Shown here: positions 1-8,316 of the stretch, piece after piece | How positions within the stretch are numbered: the stretch's first letter is position 1 | Layout of the letters: the number at the start of each line of letters is the position of its first letter | Translations under genes and position numbers: made by a program | The notes under the pieces: generated by a model | The model's input: the letters and a program-made list of their open reading frames with translations, nothing else | What the model was told of the DNA's origin: nothing | Database searches by the model: none | Virus record (IMG/VR): IMGVR_UViG_3300035683_000001 | Location: 1-64,000 of that record | From: a virus | DNA length: 64,000 nucleotides | Reading direction: 5' to 3' (one strand)

Positions 1-36
1 AAAAGTCAAGATTTACCGTATTAAAGGAGAAGAGGG

Positions 37-444
37 ATGATGACTAAAAAACACAAGCTACCAACACTAGAATCAATTGCTGCCAAACTCCAGGAATTAG
101 GACAGCAAGCCCGATACATTCTGAAGCACACAGAATTAGACTTAACCCGAAAGCGATCGCTAAAGAATCCACAGAACTACGAAGTTGAGCTAGTCCAAGT
201 TGCAGCGGTAGCCGTCGCTGCTCTAACCGACTTCAAGATGCAACAGAATTCAAATCGTCGGCAAGATGATGTCGAGAGTGAAATATTTGGGGAGATCATA
301 GTTGAGCGAGACAGGCAAGACACCAAGTTTAATCGGTTGCTCCCCATTGGATTAGATCCGTTGATATGGGGTGCTGTTCTGACTGAAGAAGTGGCAGAGG
401 TAATGGCGGAAGTTGAAATTAAGGAGAATGATCGCAATGTTTAA
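37..444 (+). CDS. hypothetical protein; weak resemblance to MazG-like NTP pyrophosphohydrolases
   Basis: 135-aa ORF with an AGGAG RBS at 25-29. The motifs ERDRQDTKF and LTEEVAEV resemble MazG-like metal-binding helices. The function call is memory-based only. Confidence 0.35.
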   Translation: MMTKKHKLPTLESIAAKLQELGQQARYILKHTELDLTRKRSLKNPQNYEVELVQVAAVAVAALTDFKMQQNSNRRQDDVESEIFGEIIVERDRQDTKFNRLLPIGLDPLIWGAVLTEEVAEVMAEVEIKENDRNV

Positions 445-724
445 ACCCCACGAACTAAAACTAGCCAGAAAGCTTCTGGAACTAGCCTCAGAGCAATTTG
501 GCAACCACGGCTGCAATGACTTTGACTTAGTGGAAAATGCTGGACTGACTTTGGAACAAGCTTACGAAGTTAACCAAGCCTACGTGCAATGGAATGGCAA
601 CCCCGACGAGTACGAAGAGAAGGAACTACGTGTCACTCATGCCGTAGCCGGAGACGATGGAATGATGATGTGGTTAGCGGCAAGGATGGAACAGGAATTA
701 GAGGAGAGCGATCGCAATGTTTAG
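437..724 (+). CDS. hypothetical protein
   Basis: The ORF frame is open from 413. ATG 437 is preferred: it lies 10 nt after AAGGAG (421-426) and overlaps the upstream stop in ATGTTTAA. Confidence 0.5.
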   Translation: MFKPHELKLARKLLELASEQFGNHGCNDFDLVENAGLTLEQAYEVNQAYVQWNGNPDEYEEKELRVTHAVAGDDGMMMWLAARMEQELEESDRNV

Positions 725-941
725 AACCTGGTGGATAAACAACAGTTGGAGATTCTGGGCGATTCGTTGGGTGCTGTGCCGTGACCCCTATGCTGCTGTT
801 GAGGTGTGGCAAGAGTATCGCTATATGCTCAACCCGACTGATGAGCGAGACTTGGCTGAATTGATTTGCGATGAGTACAGCAAGGATATAAGCGCAGCCT
901 TGCGGAATCCAGTGATAGCGCTACTGTGGCGATTCCTGTAA
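717..941 (+). CDS. hypothetical protein
   Basis: 74-aa ORF. Its ATG overlaps the upstream stop in the same GATCGCAATGTTTAG junction seen at 431-444. Confidence 0.45.
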   Translation: MFRTWWINNSWRFWAIRWVLCRDPYAAVEVWQEYRYMLNPTDERDLAELICDEYSKDISAALRNPVIALLWRFL

Positions 942-959
942 TGAAGGGAGTGATGGAAA

Positions 960-1388
960 ATGATTGAACTAAACCTAACCACGAAAGAAGCTGTCAGGCT
1001 TGAGAATGAGCTTGACTTACTGGGGATGCTCCTCAATCCCAATACACCTCCTGAGATAAAACTGAAGCTGTTGAATAGGCAGCTATCGCCAGAAACGATC
1101 AGCGCACACGAGAAGCTAAAAGCTGAACTCGACAACCTAGCTCAGGCTCAGCGAATGCTACTGCAACAGCCTGAGCCACGCACTGATTTAACTTCAGGCG
1201 AACTGATTGCATTGACTCGTCAGCAAGGAATCAGTATGAGCGAATTCCTGGGAGTTCCAAAGCTGTCACGAGAGGAAGCGATCGCCCTTTACCGCAATGG
1301 TGAGATTACAGAGGGACGGCTAGCTGACTCTCTCGGAGTGGATAGGTTGGAAGCAAGGCGGATTATGCAGGAGGAAGAATGCGAATAA
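960..1388 (+). CDS. hypothetical protein with C-terminal HTH-like segment
   Basis: 142-aa ORF. The C-terminal LYRNGEITEGRLADSLGVDRLEARRIM looks like a helix-turn-helix. Confidence 0.45.
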   Translation: MIELNLTTKEAVRLENELDLLGMLLNPNTPPEIKLKLLNRQLSPETISAHEKLKAELDNLAQAQRMLLQQPEPRTDLTSGELIALTRQQGISMSEFLGVPKLSREEAIALYRNGEITEGRLADSLGVDRLEARRIMQEEECE

Positions 1389-1594
1389 TCATCACCAATC
1401 ATTTCCTCTGCAAAGGATTTGCCTTCGACGTTGCCCACTTCTACCCCAGTCACGTCATTACGAAAGGTGGCAGTCGCTTCTATGCGAATCAGTGGCGAGT
1501 AGCTGGGGAAGGGGAAGAAGGTGAAAGGCTGAATCCTGACATGGAACTGAGTAACCCTAGTGGATTGAGAGGGATTCAGCTAACGCTGATGTAG
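1379..1594 (+). CDS. hypothetical protein
   Basis: 71-aa ORF overlapping the upstream stop by 10 nt. No recognisable motif. Confidence 0.3.
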   Translation: MRIIITNHFLCKGFAFDVAHFYPSHVITKGGSRFYANQWRVAGEGEEGERLNPDMELSNPSGLRGIQLTLM

Positions 1595-1596
1595 GC

Positions 1597-1625
1597 ACAA
1601 AAAAGACCGCAGGGCAGCTACGGTC
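1597..1625 (-). terminator. rho-independent terminator of the 1669-1959 gene
   Basis: On the - strand: GACCG stem (1621-1625 pairs with 1605-1609), 11-nt loop, then a T-run (complement of the A-run 1598-1604). Confidence 0.5.
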
Positions 1626-1668
1626 ATCAGGGTGCATCTATCTACCTGATCTATTTTATGCGATCGCT

Positions 1669-1959
1669 CTAATCTCCTAGTCGTAACGAGATCGCTTCAA
1701 CGACCCATTCTTCTAATTCTTTATCCTCAGCAGCCGCCCTCAACTTGCACTCGTTAAAGTGCTTCTCTTCATTCCTCATGCAGTAAGTCTCCAATGCAGT
1801 AGCGATACACCCATTGAGAGGCTTTTTTGTTGCTTCTGAGGCAATCATCAACCGGATATAAACGCTGATTGGTAATTCTTGTGTGGTTAGGCGCTTGCCA
1901 GAAAGCTTCTGGAACAGCCCTTTTTCTTTCAATAGCTCGATAAGCCTGTCTATGTTCAT
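1669..1959 (-). CDS. hypothetical protein
   Basis: 96-aa ORF, divergent from the 2137 gene and followed by a terminator hairpin. Confidence 0.5.
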   Translation of the reverse strand: MNIDRLIELLKEKGLFQKLSGKRLTTQELPISVYIRLMIASEATKKPLNGCIATALETYCMRNEEKHFNECKLRAAAEDKELEEWVVEAISLRLGD

Positions 1960-2136
1960 TCGTCCCTAGATGTTCGTGAGCATCGCTACTACATCTTATG
2001 TTATCATTCTCCCAACAAGGTGATTGAATTTCTGTCAAGGATTCATCACCACGCAAAGCACCGCTGATGAACGGATGCGACCCGCTCACCAGCGACTCCC
2101 CTACCCAAAGACAAACCCTAAAGGCAGGATGACACA

Positions 2137-2400
2137 ATGATAAGTGCATTAACACCAGAAACGGAACTACCAAGCGAACTTCACCCCATCGCATTCATGA
2201 ATGCTTGGAACCTTACAAAAGGTAGGACAGCAGACTTGCTGGGAATTGAACCCCGAACTCTTGACGCATACTGCTACAGTCCAAAGGCAAAAGCACGAAG
2301 AGAGCCGAAGCCGCCAATCAAGCGCGCTGCGGCAGTCATTCATGAGAACTGGTTGTTAAAAGGATTGCAGCCACCTAACCCTGCTTTTTTGTCTCAATAG
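2137..2400 (+). CDS. small HTH DNA-binding protein (Cro/XRE-like)
   Basis: 87-aa ORF. WNLTKGRTADLLGIEPRTLDAYCY looks like an HTH. Confidence 0.45.
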   Translation: MISALTPETELPSELHPIAFMNAWNLTKGRTADLLGIEPRTLDAYCYSPKAKARREPKPPIKRAAAVIHENWLLKGLQPPNPAFLSQ

Positions 2401-2443
2401 CACCATCAACGCTGCCATCAAAAACGCCATCATCTCGTAGTGA

Positions 2444-2467
2444 CCCACCCATAGCGGTGGGTTTTTA
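2444..2467 (+). terminator. rho-independent terminator
   Basis: CCCACC (2444-2449), 6-nt loop, GGTGGG (2456-2461), then TTTTT. Confidence 0.6.
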
Positions 2468-2482
2468 ATTAGATTATCGAAA

Positions 2483-2554
2483 GTCACAGGCTGTGACTCT
2501 TGAAAAAGTCACACCGCAAGTTCAGGCAATCAATCCAGTTGTTATCACTGTGAC
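2483..2554. promoter_or_regulatory. operator-like array of GTCACA half-sites
   Basis: 15-bp palindrome GTCACAGGCTGTGAC (2483-2497), a further GTCACA at 2508-2513, and the inverted TCACTGTGAC at 2545-2554. All lie just upstream of the HTH gene at 2593. Confidence 0.45.
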
Positions 2555-2592
2555 TTACGACCTCTAATCTATCCAAGTCAAAACTCACATTT

Positions 2593-2997
2593 ATGCCAAA
2601 CAAGGAGACACGAAATGACCCGGAAAAGCTAGCGTTCATGCAAGCCGGAGTGTTATTGGTGAACTTCATAAAAAAGCAAAATTGGAAGCGAACAGAGGTC
2701 GCAGCGATTTTGGGGATTCACCACAACAGCTTGTACAAGGACGAGTTAATCCTTGAGGAATGGTGCGACCACTACAACAGCCAAATGAGACGAACTCGCC
2801 TTGACCTTTATCAAGTGTGGTTGTTACTCTTCACCCGATGCTTGGTCAACCAGCTAGGGACTAGAAAACAGGCAGAAACCTTTATCTTCAAACATCCAGG
2901 GTTGACCACTCACGAAAAGTTCATTCAAACCAAGCAAACAATCATTAAAAACTATGGAAACCAACCGCGACAAATCAAGCGTGTTCTCGCTGCTTAA
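2593..2997 (+). CDS. HTH DNA-binding regulator
   Basis: 134-aa ORF. KRTEVAAILGIHHNSLYK looks like an HTH, and the gene sits directly downstream of the operator-like array. Confidence 0.5.
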   Translation: MPNKETRNDPEKLAFMQAGVLLVNFIKKQNWKRTEVAAILGIHHNSLYKDELILEEWCDHYNSQMRRTRLDLYQVWLLLFTRCLVNQLGTRKQAETFIFKHPGLTTHEKFIQTKQTIIKNYGNQPRQIKRVLAA

Positions 2998-3640
2998 CTT
3001 TGATTCAGTTGAGAGCATGAATACTGCGCTACTAGAATTGTCTGAAACCCTTTCTAGTCAAGGTAAAGCAGTTCCCCAGGACATCAAGAACGCTGACAAG
3101 ACTAAAACGATTTCAAAGGCTTCTCTCCAAATATTGAGGGATTCACAGCAACAGCCTAATGCGATCGCTGGCGCTACGGAATCTGAACCAGATGAAATCG
3201 TCGAAGCTGGCGAGTTGACCATCACAGACGACGCTATCGAAAGCCTTGCAGCCGACAAAAACATTGACCTATTCGTTGTTATTGATGCTGCTGAGAAGGT
3301 TCAAAACTTGGCGTTACTGGTGCAATGGGCGGAAGAGTATCAGCGCCAGAAGTTAGAGATTGAGAAGCAAGAGCAGGACGAAGCTATCAAGGAGTCTGTT
3401 TCTCAGCAAATCAGAACTGAAAAGCTGAAAAAGCAAGAGGATGAGCTAAAGCAGCGCTTGATTAATGCCCTTAATCCAGTCAACAAAAAGCCGTTTGACG
3501 TTAAGCAGGTTGAAAGAATGCTCAACATTCAAGTCCCTGAGTCGGTTAAGCAGATGGCTAGCTACAACCTCGACAGTGAGGACAATGTACCGGATTTTTT
3601 GAAGCAAGCGAGAGAGAACTTCGCAAAGCTGAGAGCGTAA
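2954..3640 (+). CDS. hypothetical acidic coiled-coil protein
   Basis: 228-aa ORF, E/Q/K-rich. The start is uncertain; an internal ATG near 3017 is possible. Confidence 0.45.
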   Translation: METNRDKSSVFSLLNFDSVESMNTALLELSETLSSQGKAVPQDIKNADKTKTISKASLQILRDSQQQPNAIAGATESEPDEIVEAGELTITDDAIESLAADKNIDLFVVIDAAEKVQNLALLVQWAEEYQRQKLEIEKQEQDEAIKESVSQQIRTEKLKKQEDELKQRLINALNPVNKKPFDVKQVERMLNIQVPESVKQMASYNLDSEDNVPDFLKQARENFAKLRA

Positions 3641-3729
3641 TCGTTGCAATTGAGAAAGTGAGGGCGGAACGCTCTGCCCTCCAGGATTTCAGATACAGGA
3701 TGCTACTCAATCAACCCAAGGATAAAACC

Positions 3730-3858
3730 ATGAACCACTTACTCATCGCCTCTACCCTCGCTCTCGTCGTTGGTGCTATCGGACTCATCTTCCCCCCTGC
3801 CGCATTCGGACTTGGATGTCTCGTGATGAGCGGCGGACTGATTGCTAGAGAGGGATAG
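3730..3858 (+). CDS. small membrane protein (42 aa)
   Basis: Internal ATG of ORF 3658-3858. MNHLLIASTLALVVGAIGLIFPPAAFGLGCLVMSGGLIA is almost entirely hydrophobic. Confidence 0.4.
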   Translation: MNHLLIASTLALVVGAIGLIFPPAAFGLGCLVMSGGLIAREG

Positions 3859-3966
3859 ATGAATATTAGGGCTATCTACGACGGCTATCACTCCCCAGTG
3901 AATCAGCAACCGCAAAGCACTACCACGCACCGACCAAAACCAATTCTTAAACCCAAGCAAAAATGA
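3859..3966 (+). CDS. possible 35-aa peptide
   Basis: The ATG abuts the previous stop (TAGATG) and its stop overlaps the next ATG (ATGA). Supported only by this coupling pattern. Confidence 0.2.
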   Translation: MNIRAIYDGYHSPVNQQPQSTTTHRPKPILKPKQK

Positions 3967-4103
3967 AACTTACACCACTTTCAGTCACGACACTTTTCTT
4001 AGGCGGAACGATCGCATTACTCCCAGAATTCAATCAGCAATTGCTAGGTGTTGCGATCGCATTCATTCTCATCAACCTCGCTAGCCGTTTTCTTGAGCAA
4101 TGA
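3963..4103 (+). CDS. small membrane protein (46 aa)
   Basis: MKLTPLSVTTLFLGGTIALLP...LGVAIAFILINLA has two hydrophobic stretches. Its stop overlaps the next start (ATGA at 4100-4103). Confidence 0.35.
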   Translation: MKLTPLSVTTLFLGGTIALLPEFNQQLLGVAIAFILINLASRFLEQ

Positions 4104-4306
4104 ATACAGCAAAAAACCCTCAGCTTATTGAATTAGCAAGGGTTGCAGCGAACGAAATCATCAGCCTTAAAGGCGCAACACACGAACAAATCTGGGGTAT
4201 CTACCAAGACTTTCGCAAGCAGTACGCACAAATCAAAGCAGAGGATAGCGCTGATGAATTGAAAGCTCCCAACGCTGCCTCTGCTAGCCCAAAAGACAAG
4301 GACTAA
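4100..4306 (+). CDS. hypothetical protein
   Basis: 68-aa ORF, translationally coupled to its neighbours. Confidence 0.45.
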   Translation: MNTAKNPQLIELARVAANEIISLKGATHEQIWGIYQDFRKQYAQIKAEDSADELKAPNAASASPKDKD

Positions 4307-4313
4307 AACCAGT

Positions 4314-4664
4314 ATGAACAGTAGAAAGCCAGTTGGACACTTCACTCATTACGACTCACAGGTTCAAGCGCCTTACTCACTTCACTTCTTGCAAGAAAAG
4401 TTTGGTAGCTATCTTCAGCAAATGGGGTATAGCGAAAAGGTTGCATTGCTGGCGATTATCACTCGGACTCTAGCGGTTGATGCTCAATTCGGGAGTGACG
4501 AAGTGTTTACCCTTGAAGATGCCTGGAGTGAGACTGGTTACGACCTCTCGCCAGAGTTAGGGGGATTACTCGAAACCCTTAACGACCTTGACGACGATGA
4601 CCTATACGGACTTTGTATGTGTTTGATTGACAACCGACATGACGAAGGAGTGGTGGCAGCATGA
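4314..4664 (+). CDS. hypothetical acidic protein
   Basis: 116-aa ORF. Its stop overlaps the next start. Confidence 0.5.
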   Translation: MNSRKPVGHFTHYDSQVQAPYSLHFLQEKFGSYLQQMGYSEKVALLAIITRTLAVDAQFGSDEVFTLEDAWSETGYDLSPELGGLLETLNDLDDDDLYGLCMCLIDNRHDEGVVAA

Positions 4665-5350
4665 ACTGGGACTATATTACCAAGCACCTAAACGCCTATA
4701 ATCGCCTCCCTTGCAATACTTCGCGGGTTCACGACGACTTACTCTATCGCATTGGTAGTCATGTTGATGTACTGACACCTCAAGACTGCCAAGCCATCGA
4801 CAAACAGAGAGGTTGGTTCACGTCAGAGCAACGCTATCGGGTTCTGAACTGGCTGATTTGTCAAGATGGGATTGAGATTGAAGGTGATTTGACCATCCTG
4901 ATATTTGGGTGTCAGCAACTCCAAGAATGGCTTACTGAGAGCGATTTAGCCTATCCTGATTACGAATTCTATCTAGCGTTTGAGTACCAAGATGAAGATT
5001 CATCAGGCTGGAAATCTGGCATAAACTACACGCTCTTTTGGATGCCTAAGCCTGGTGCGCCAGAACCTGACATAGACAACGACTTTTCCTGGCAGTCTTA
5101 TTGGGAATCTGGTGAAATGTTCTGGGGTGAATTTCCTGGCGGATTCACTAATCAGTTTGATTTCAACCTCGACTGCTACCCAGATCAGGGAAGCTTTACC
5201 AACCCTAGTTTGACTTGCAAAGAAGGCGATCGTTATACCACTCCTACTGAAGAAGACGAAGACTTACTATCCGTAGCGCAATCATTAGAAGCGATTGCAG
5301 TTGCTAATCGATCCCTCGCAAATGCAGGAATGAAGGGGGCGATGACGTGA
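4661..5350 (+). CDS. hypothetical protein
   Basis: 229-aa ORF, W/F/Y/D-rich, with 4-nt overlaps to both neighbours. Confidence 0.55.
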   Translation: MNWDYITKHLNAYNRLPCNTSRVHDDLLYRIGSHVDVLTPQDCQAIDKQRGWFTSEQRYRVLNWLICQDGIEIEGDLTILIFGCQQLQEWLTESDLAYPDYEFYLAFEYQDEDSSGWKSGINYTLFWMPKPGAPEPDIDNDFSWQSYWESGEMFWGEFPGGFTNQFDFNLDCYPDQGSFTNPSLTCKEGDRYTTPTEEDEDLLSVAQSLEAIAVANRSLANAGMKGAMT

Positions 5351-5610
5351 AACTTCGACTAGCCACTCTAGCTCTTGTACTGTCAACTAGTTTGCTGTCT
5401 GCGTGTGACGAAGAGAACCAAGGCATTACAGACTCAAATGGCTCCACAAACTTACAAGTTCCAGCAAGCCAGTTAGCGCCCAATGGATGCCCATACCCAG
5501 AAGATATGAACATCAAAGATAGCAGCGGCAACCCGCTTCATATTGTCCGTGTTGACAAGGCTCCGGACGGCAGTTGTATTGCAGTTACACGAGATGAGGT
5601 GCAGCCATGA
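5347..5610 (+). CDS. putative lipoprotein
   Basis: Signal peptide plus a lipobox-like LLSAC (MKLRLATLALVLSTSLLSAC). 4-nt overlaps to both neighbours. Confidence 0.55.
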   Translation: MKLRLATLALVLSTSLLSACDEENQGITDSNGSTNLQVPASQLAPNGCPYPEDMNIKDSSGNPLHIVRVDKAPDGSCIAVTRDEVQP

Positions 5611-6071
5611 AACTCAAAGCAACCTGGGTCTTTATCTTTATCCCCTTTGGCGTAATCCTTTTAAGCCAAGGCGATCGCATGAAAGCCACCGTCGATCAGG
5701 GAAGCGTTATTTCCACAGAACAATCGACAGCCTCCGGTCAAAGCCGCCTACTAAGAGAGCAGGCACAAAACGCCCAAAGATACTCAAAAGTAGCGATAGA
5801 GCGGCTTAAGGCTAACTGCCTTCCGGTTGTTGACCAGCAATCAGGCAGCGAAGGTTACTTCAAAGAAGGCTCCGTGGTGATGGATCACAGCCTCGGAAGA
5901 CCTGTGAGGGCAGGCGCTTTCGTCTGCAACTCACTAGGAGATACAGCCGTTGTAGGAGCAGACGGGACGCTCACTGAGATTGTGAGAGCGTCGCTTGAGA
6001 AGCAGGGTGAATACGACGAATTATTCAACAAACTACTGAAGGGACAAGTCGATGGCAAGAGCAGCAAGTAG
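5607..6071 (+). CDS. membrane-anchored or secreted protein
   Basis: 154-aa ORF with an N-terminal hydrophobic helix (WVFIFIPFGVILL). Confidence 0.5.
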   Translation: MKLKATWVFIFIPFGVILLSQGDRMKATVDQGSVISTEQSTASGQSRLLREQAQNAQRYSKVAIERLKANCLPVVDQQSGSEGYFKEGSVVMDHSLGRPVRAGAFVCNSLGDTAVVGADGTLTEIVRASLEKQGEYDELFNKLLKGQVDGKSSK

Positions 6072-6588
6072 TTCAGGTAGAGGCGCTTCCAGTCCTCGGA
6101 GTAATCCACAAGTCAGCAGGCAAACTGCTGTTAAAGGATTAGGTAAGTTTCTTTTTCTCGCAACGATTACTTTCATCGGCATTTTGAATATCCAGCCGTG
6201 GATGAGCGTTGCAAAGCAAATGAAGGACGCAATCGAGTTCGTCCCATTCCTCACAGCACTAACTCAACTCCCTTGGGTCGGTGGCTGGGTTGTCTGGCTA
6301 TCGAATCAGGAGAATGCCTTAAGTGCGATCGCAGTCGGATTGTGGGCTTTAACCCAATACTGCGAGATGACCGATATCTCCTGGATACGGGCGAGAAGAC
6401 CCCTTGTTTACTGCTGGGAGTTTGCTGTCGTGTTCATTCACTTCCCTCCCTACGAGGGCGGTTACACAGACTTTTTTGAAGATATGCCGCACTTGGCTTG
6501 GGATTCTATCGACTGGTGGAATTTAGTCCTGTCAGTAATTTGCGCCTTTGCGTTTGAGTTCATCTACAACATATTGAAAAAACAATAA
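6052..6588 (+). CDS. polytopic membrane protein
   Basis: 178-aa ORF with about four hydrophobic segments. Confidence 0.5.
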   Translation: MARAASSSGRGASSPRSNPQVSRQTAVKGLGKFLFLATITFIGILNIQPWMSVAKQMKDAIEFVPFLTALTQLPWVGGWVVWLSNQENALSAIAVGLWALTQYCEMTDISWIRARRPLVYCWEFAVVFIHFPPYEGGYTDFFEDMPHLAWDSIDWWNLVLSVICAFAFEFIYNILKKQ

Positions 6589-6609
6589 TCAGGGTTCTTC
6601 AACTTTTCT

Positions 6610-8226
6610 TTGTCGTTTATCAGCCCCGCAGCAAGGGACTTTTTGCTAGCCATGCCAAAACCAAACTTATCTAAAACAACCAACTTTCTAGACCAAATTG
6701 AATTTGAGAACGACTTCGGACAGGAGCCAATAGGGGTGGGTCGGTTCACTGAAGACAAAGCAGTCGTAGGAGTTTTCTCTATGGCGATTGCCTTTGTTGG
6801 CTGGACAATTACCCCCCCACTAGCCGTCATAGTGGCGTTGGTGTGGTGGAATGACGTAAAGAGTCTTGACGGCGGTTCAAGTCCGGAGAGGAAGAAGCGT
6901 CTACCCGTTGTTGATACCACTGCTGAGGAGGTTTACGACGACGAGGAAGAGGATTACTACGAAGAACCCGTCAGTTACGTCCAGGATGAGCCTAAGCGTG
7001 AGAAGCAGGCACCTCGAAAGGAATCTGCAAGGAAAGCACCCGCACGGGCTTCTGAGTCAGTAGAAGTGGAAGAGACGCCAAGCACATCAGAGTGGCAGTG
7101 GGGTGAGGACGGTGAACCAAATATCCAAGATATTCCAAGGCGATCGTGCAGGCAGAAGAGTACTGAGCCTCGTAGAGAGTCGAACATCCCAATCCCTCAA
7201 CTTCCGCAGGTGACTACTAGCACAAGGAAGGAGTTGATTGAAAGACTTAAACAAGACTGTCCAGCATTGCTCAGGATCGTCAAGGATTATCAACCTATTC
7301 GCTTAGTAGGAATGCAGCGAACAGGTAAAACAACTTGGGCTATTATTTTTGGGCTTCTCAGAATGGTTCTTTTCTCAGATCATCGAGTCCTTGCATCAAC
7401 CATTCACAACGAAAAAGAGAATCAATACCCTAATGTTTTCGACACTGTTGGACTATGCTCTGATGGTAGTCGTGATTATGTCGGTGTTAGGGATGCATGG
7501 AACGAACTCTACGACAAAATCGAAGACGGTTGTATGGAACCTATTACTTACTTTTGGGATGAATTTGGTCTTCAAGATTTAGCACTTGCCAAAGCAATTG
7601 GAGGAAGAAAGCCTGATAAATCATCCATGCAGCAAGCACAAGAGGAAGTGGGTGTATTGATGACTTCAGGGATGAGAGAAAGTGCCAAGCATAACAAAAG
7701 TCTAGTCTTCCTAGTGCATGGTGAAACGGCTGCTTTTCTTCCAGGAGTAGAAGGACTGGTAAAAGTTTTCTTAAACGGAACTGTCAGGGTAGAAACTATT
7801 GGCGAACCAGTGGAAGATGAGGACGGACTGGCTAAATTGCAGCCAACTGGAAAGTTCACAATTACTTACTTGGACAAAGCCAAAACAACAGAGTCAGGAC
7901 AGATACCAGAATGGCTAACACAAGAGTATTTATTGGGGTTGCTGGGTAATCCAATTGTGGACAAAACTAAGTCACCAAAGAAGAGTGAAGAAGGGTTCAC
8001 GGTGTCGGATGGACTAAAAGAACCTTTCAAGACAATCTACTCGTTTGCCAAACAACAAGGAGACTGGATTACTGCAAGGGATATTCAAAGGAAAGAGTTT
8101 GCAGTTCTTAAGGGCAAACCCGTAAAAACTATTCGTCAATACCTTGGCTTAATGCACGATATGGAATTAGGTGAAATTGACGAACAAGATAAATCAGATA
8201 GCGCTGTCGGGTTCCTTGCAAAGTAA
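6610..8226 (+). CDS. membrane-anchored P-loop NTPase with C-terminal winged-helix-like domain
   Basis: Hydrophobic hairpin (VVGVFSMAIAFVGWTITPPLAVIVALVWW), acidic/basic linker, Walker A GMQRTGKTT, Walker B-like YFWDEFG, and a C-terminal segment (YSFAKQQGDWITARDIQ...IRQYLGLM) that looks like a wHTH. The start is TTG 6610 or ATG 6652. Confidence 0.55.
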   Translation: MSFISPAARDFLLAMPKPNLSKTTNFLDQIEFENDFGQEPIGVGRFTEDKAVVGVFSMAIAFVGWTITPPLAVIVALVWWNDVKSLDGGSSPERKKRLPVVDTTAEEVYDDEEEDYYEEPVSYVQDEPKREKQAPRKESARKAPARASESVEVEETPSTSEWQWGEDGEPNIQDIPRRSCRQKSTEPRRESNIPIPQLPQVTTSTRKELIERLKQDCPALLRIVKDYQPIRLVGMQRTGKTTWAIIFGLLRMVLFSDHRVLASTIHNEKENQYPNVFDTVGLCSDGSRDYVGVRDAWNELYDKIEDGCMEPITYFWDEFGLQDLALAKAIGGRKPDKSSMQQAQEEVGVLMTSGMRESAKHNKSLVFLVHGETAAFLPGVEGLVKVFLNGTVRVETIGEPVEDEDGLAKLQPTGKFTITYLDKAKTTESGQIPEWLTQEYLLGLLGNPIVDKTKSPKKSEEGFTVSDGLKEPFKTIYSFAKQQGDWITARDIQRKEFAVLKGKPVKTIRQYLGLMHDMELGEIDEQDKSDSAVGFLAK

Positions 8227-8302
8227 TTAACCACGCTGTCGGGTACGACCTGACAAGCCCGACAGCGCCCAACTGACAACCCGACGTCCGACACCCGACA
8301 AG
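8202..8302. repeat. array of CCCGAC(A)/(T)GTCGGG repeats
   Basis: CGCTGTCGGGT occurs at 8202-8212 and 8234-8244, and the inverted GCCCGACAGCG at 8257-8267. Further CCGAC cores are at 8278-8285, 8287-8294 and 8293-8302. CTGTCGGG (8236-8243) and CCCGACAG (8258-8265) can form an 8-bp hairpin. Confidence 0.7.
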
Positions 8303-8316
8303 CACCAATTAATAGA

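Noticed and set aside
1769-2194. 141-aa - strand ORF spanning the 1669-1959 gene and the divergent promoter region.
   Set aside because: It overlaps a more plausible same-strand ORF in another frame and runs through the intergenic control region. Its composition looks non-coding.
6861-6885. GGTTCAAGTCCGG, a tRNA T-loop-like string. I also scanned the intergenic regions for tRNAs, in particular for an amber suppressor.
   Set aside because: It has no complementary T-stem or acceptor arm and lies inside the ATPase CDS. No cloverleaf candidate was seen in any intergenic region of the window.
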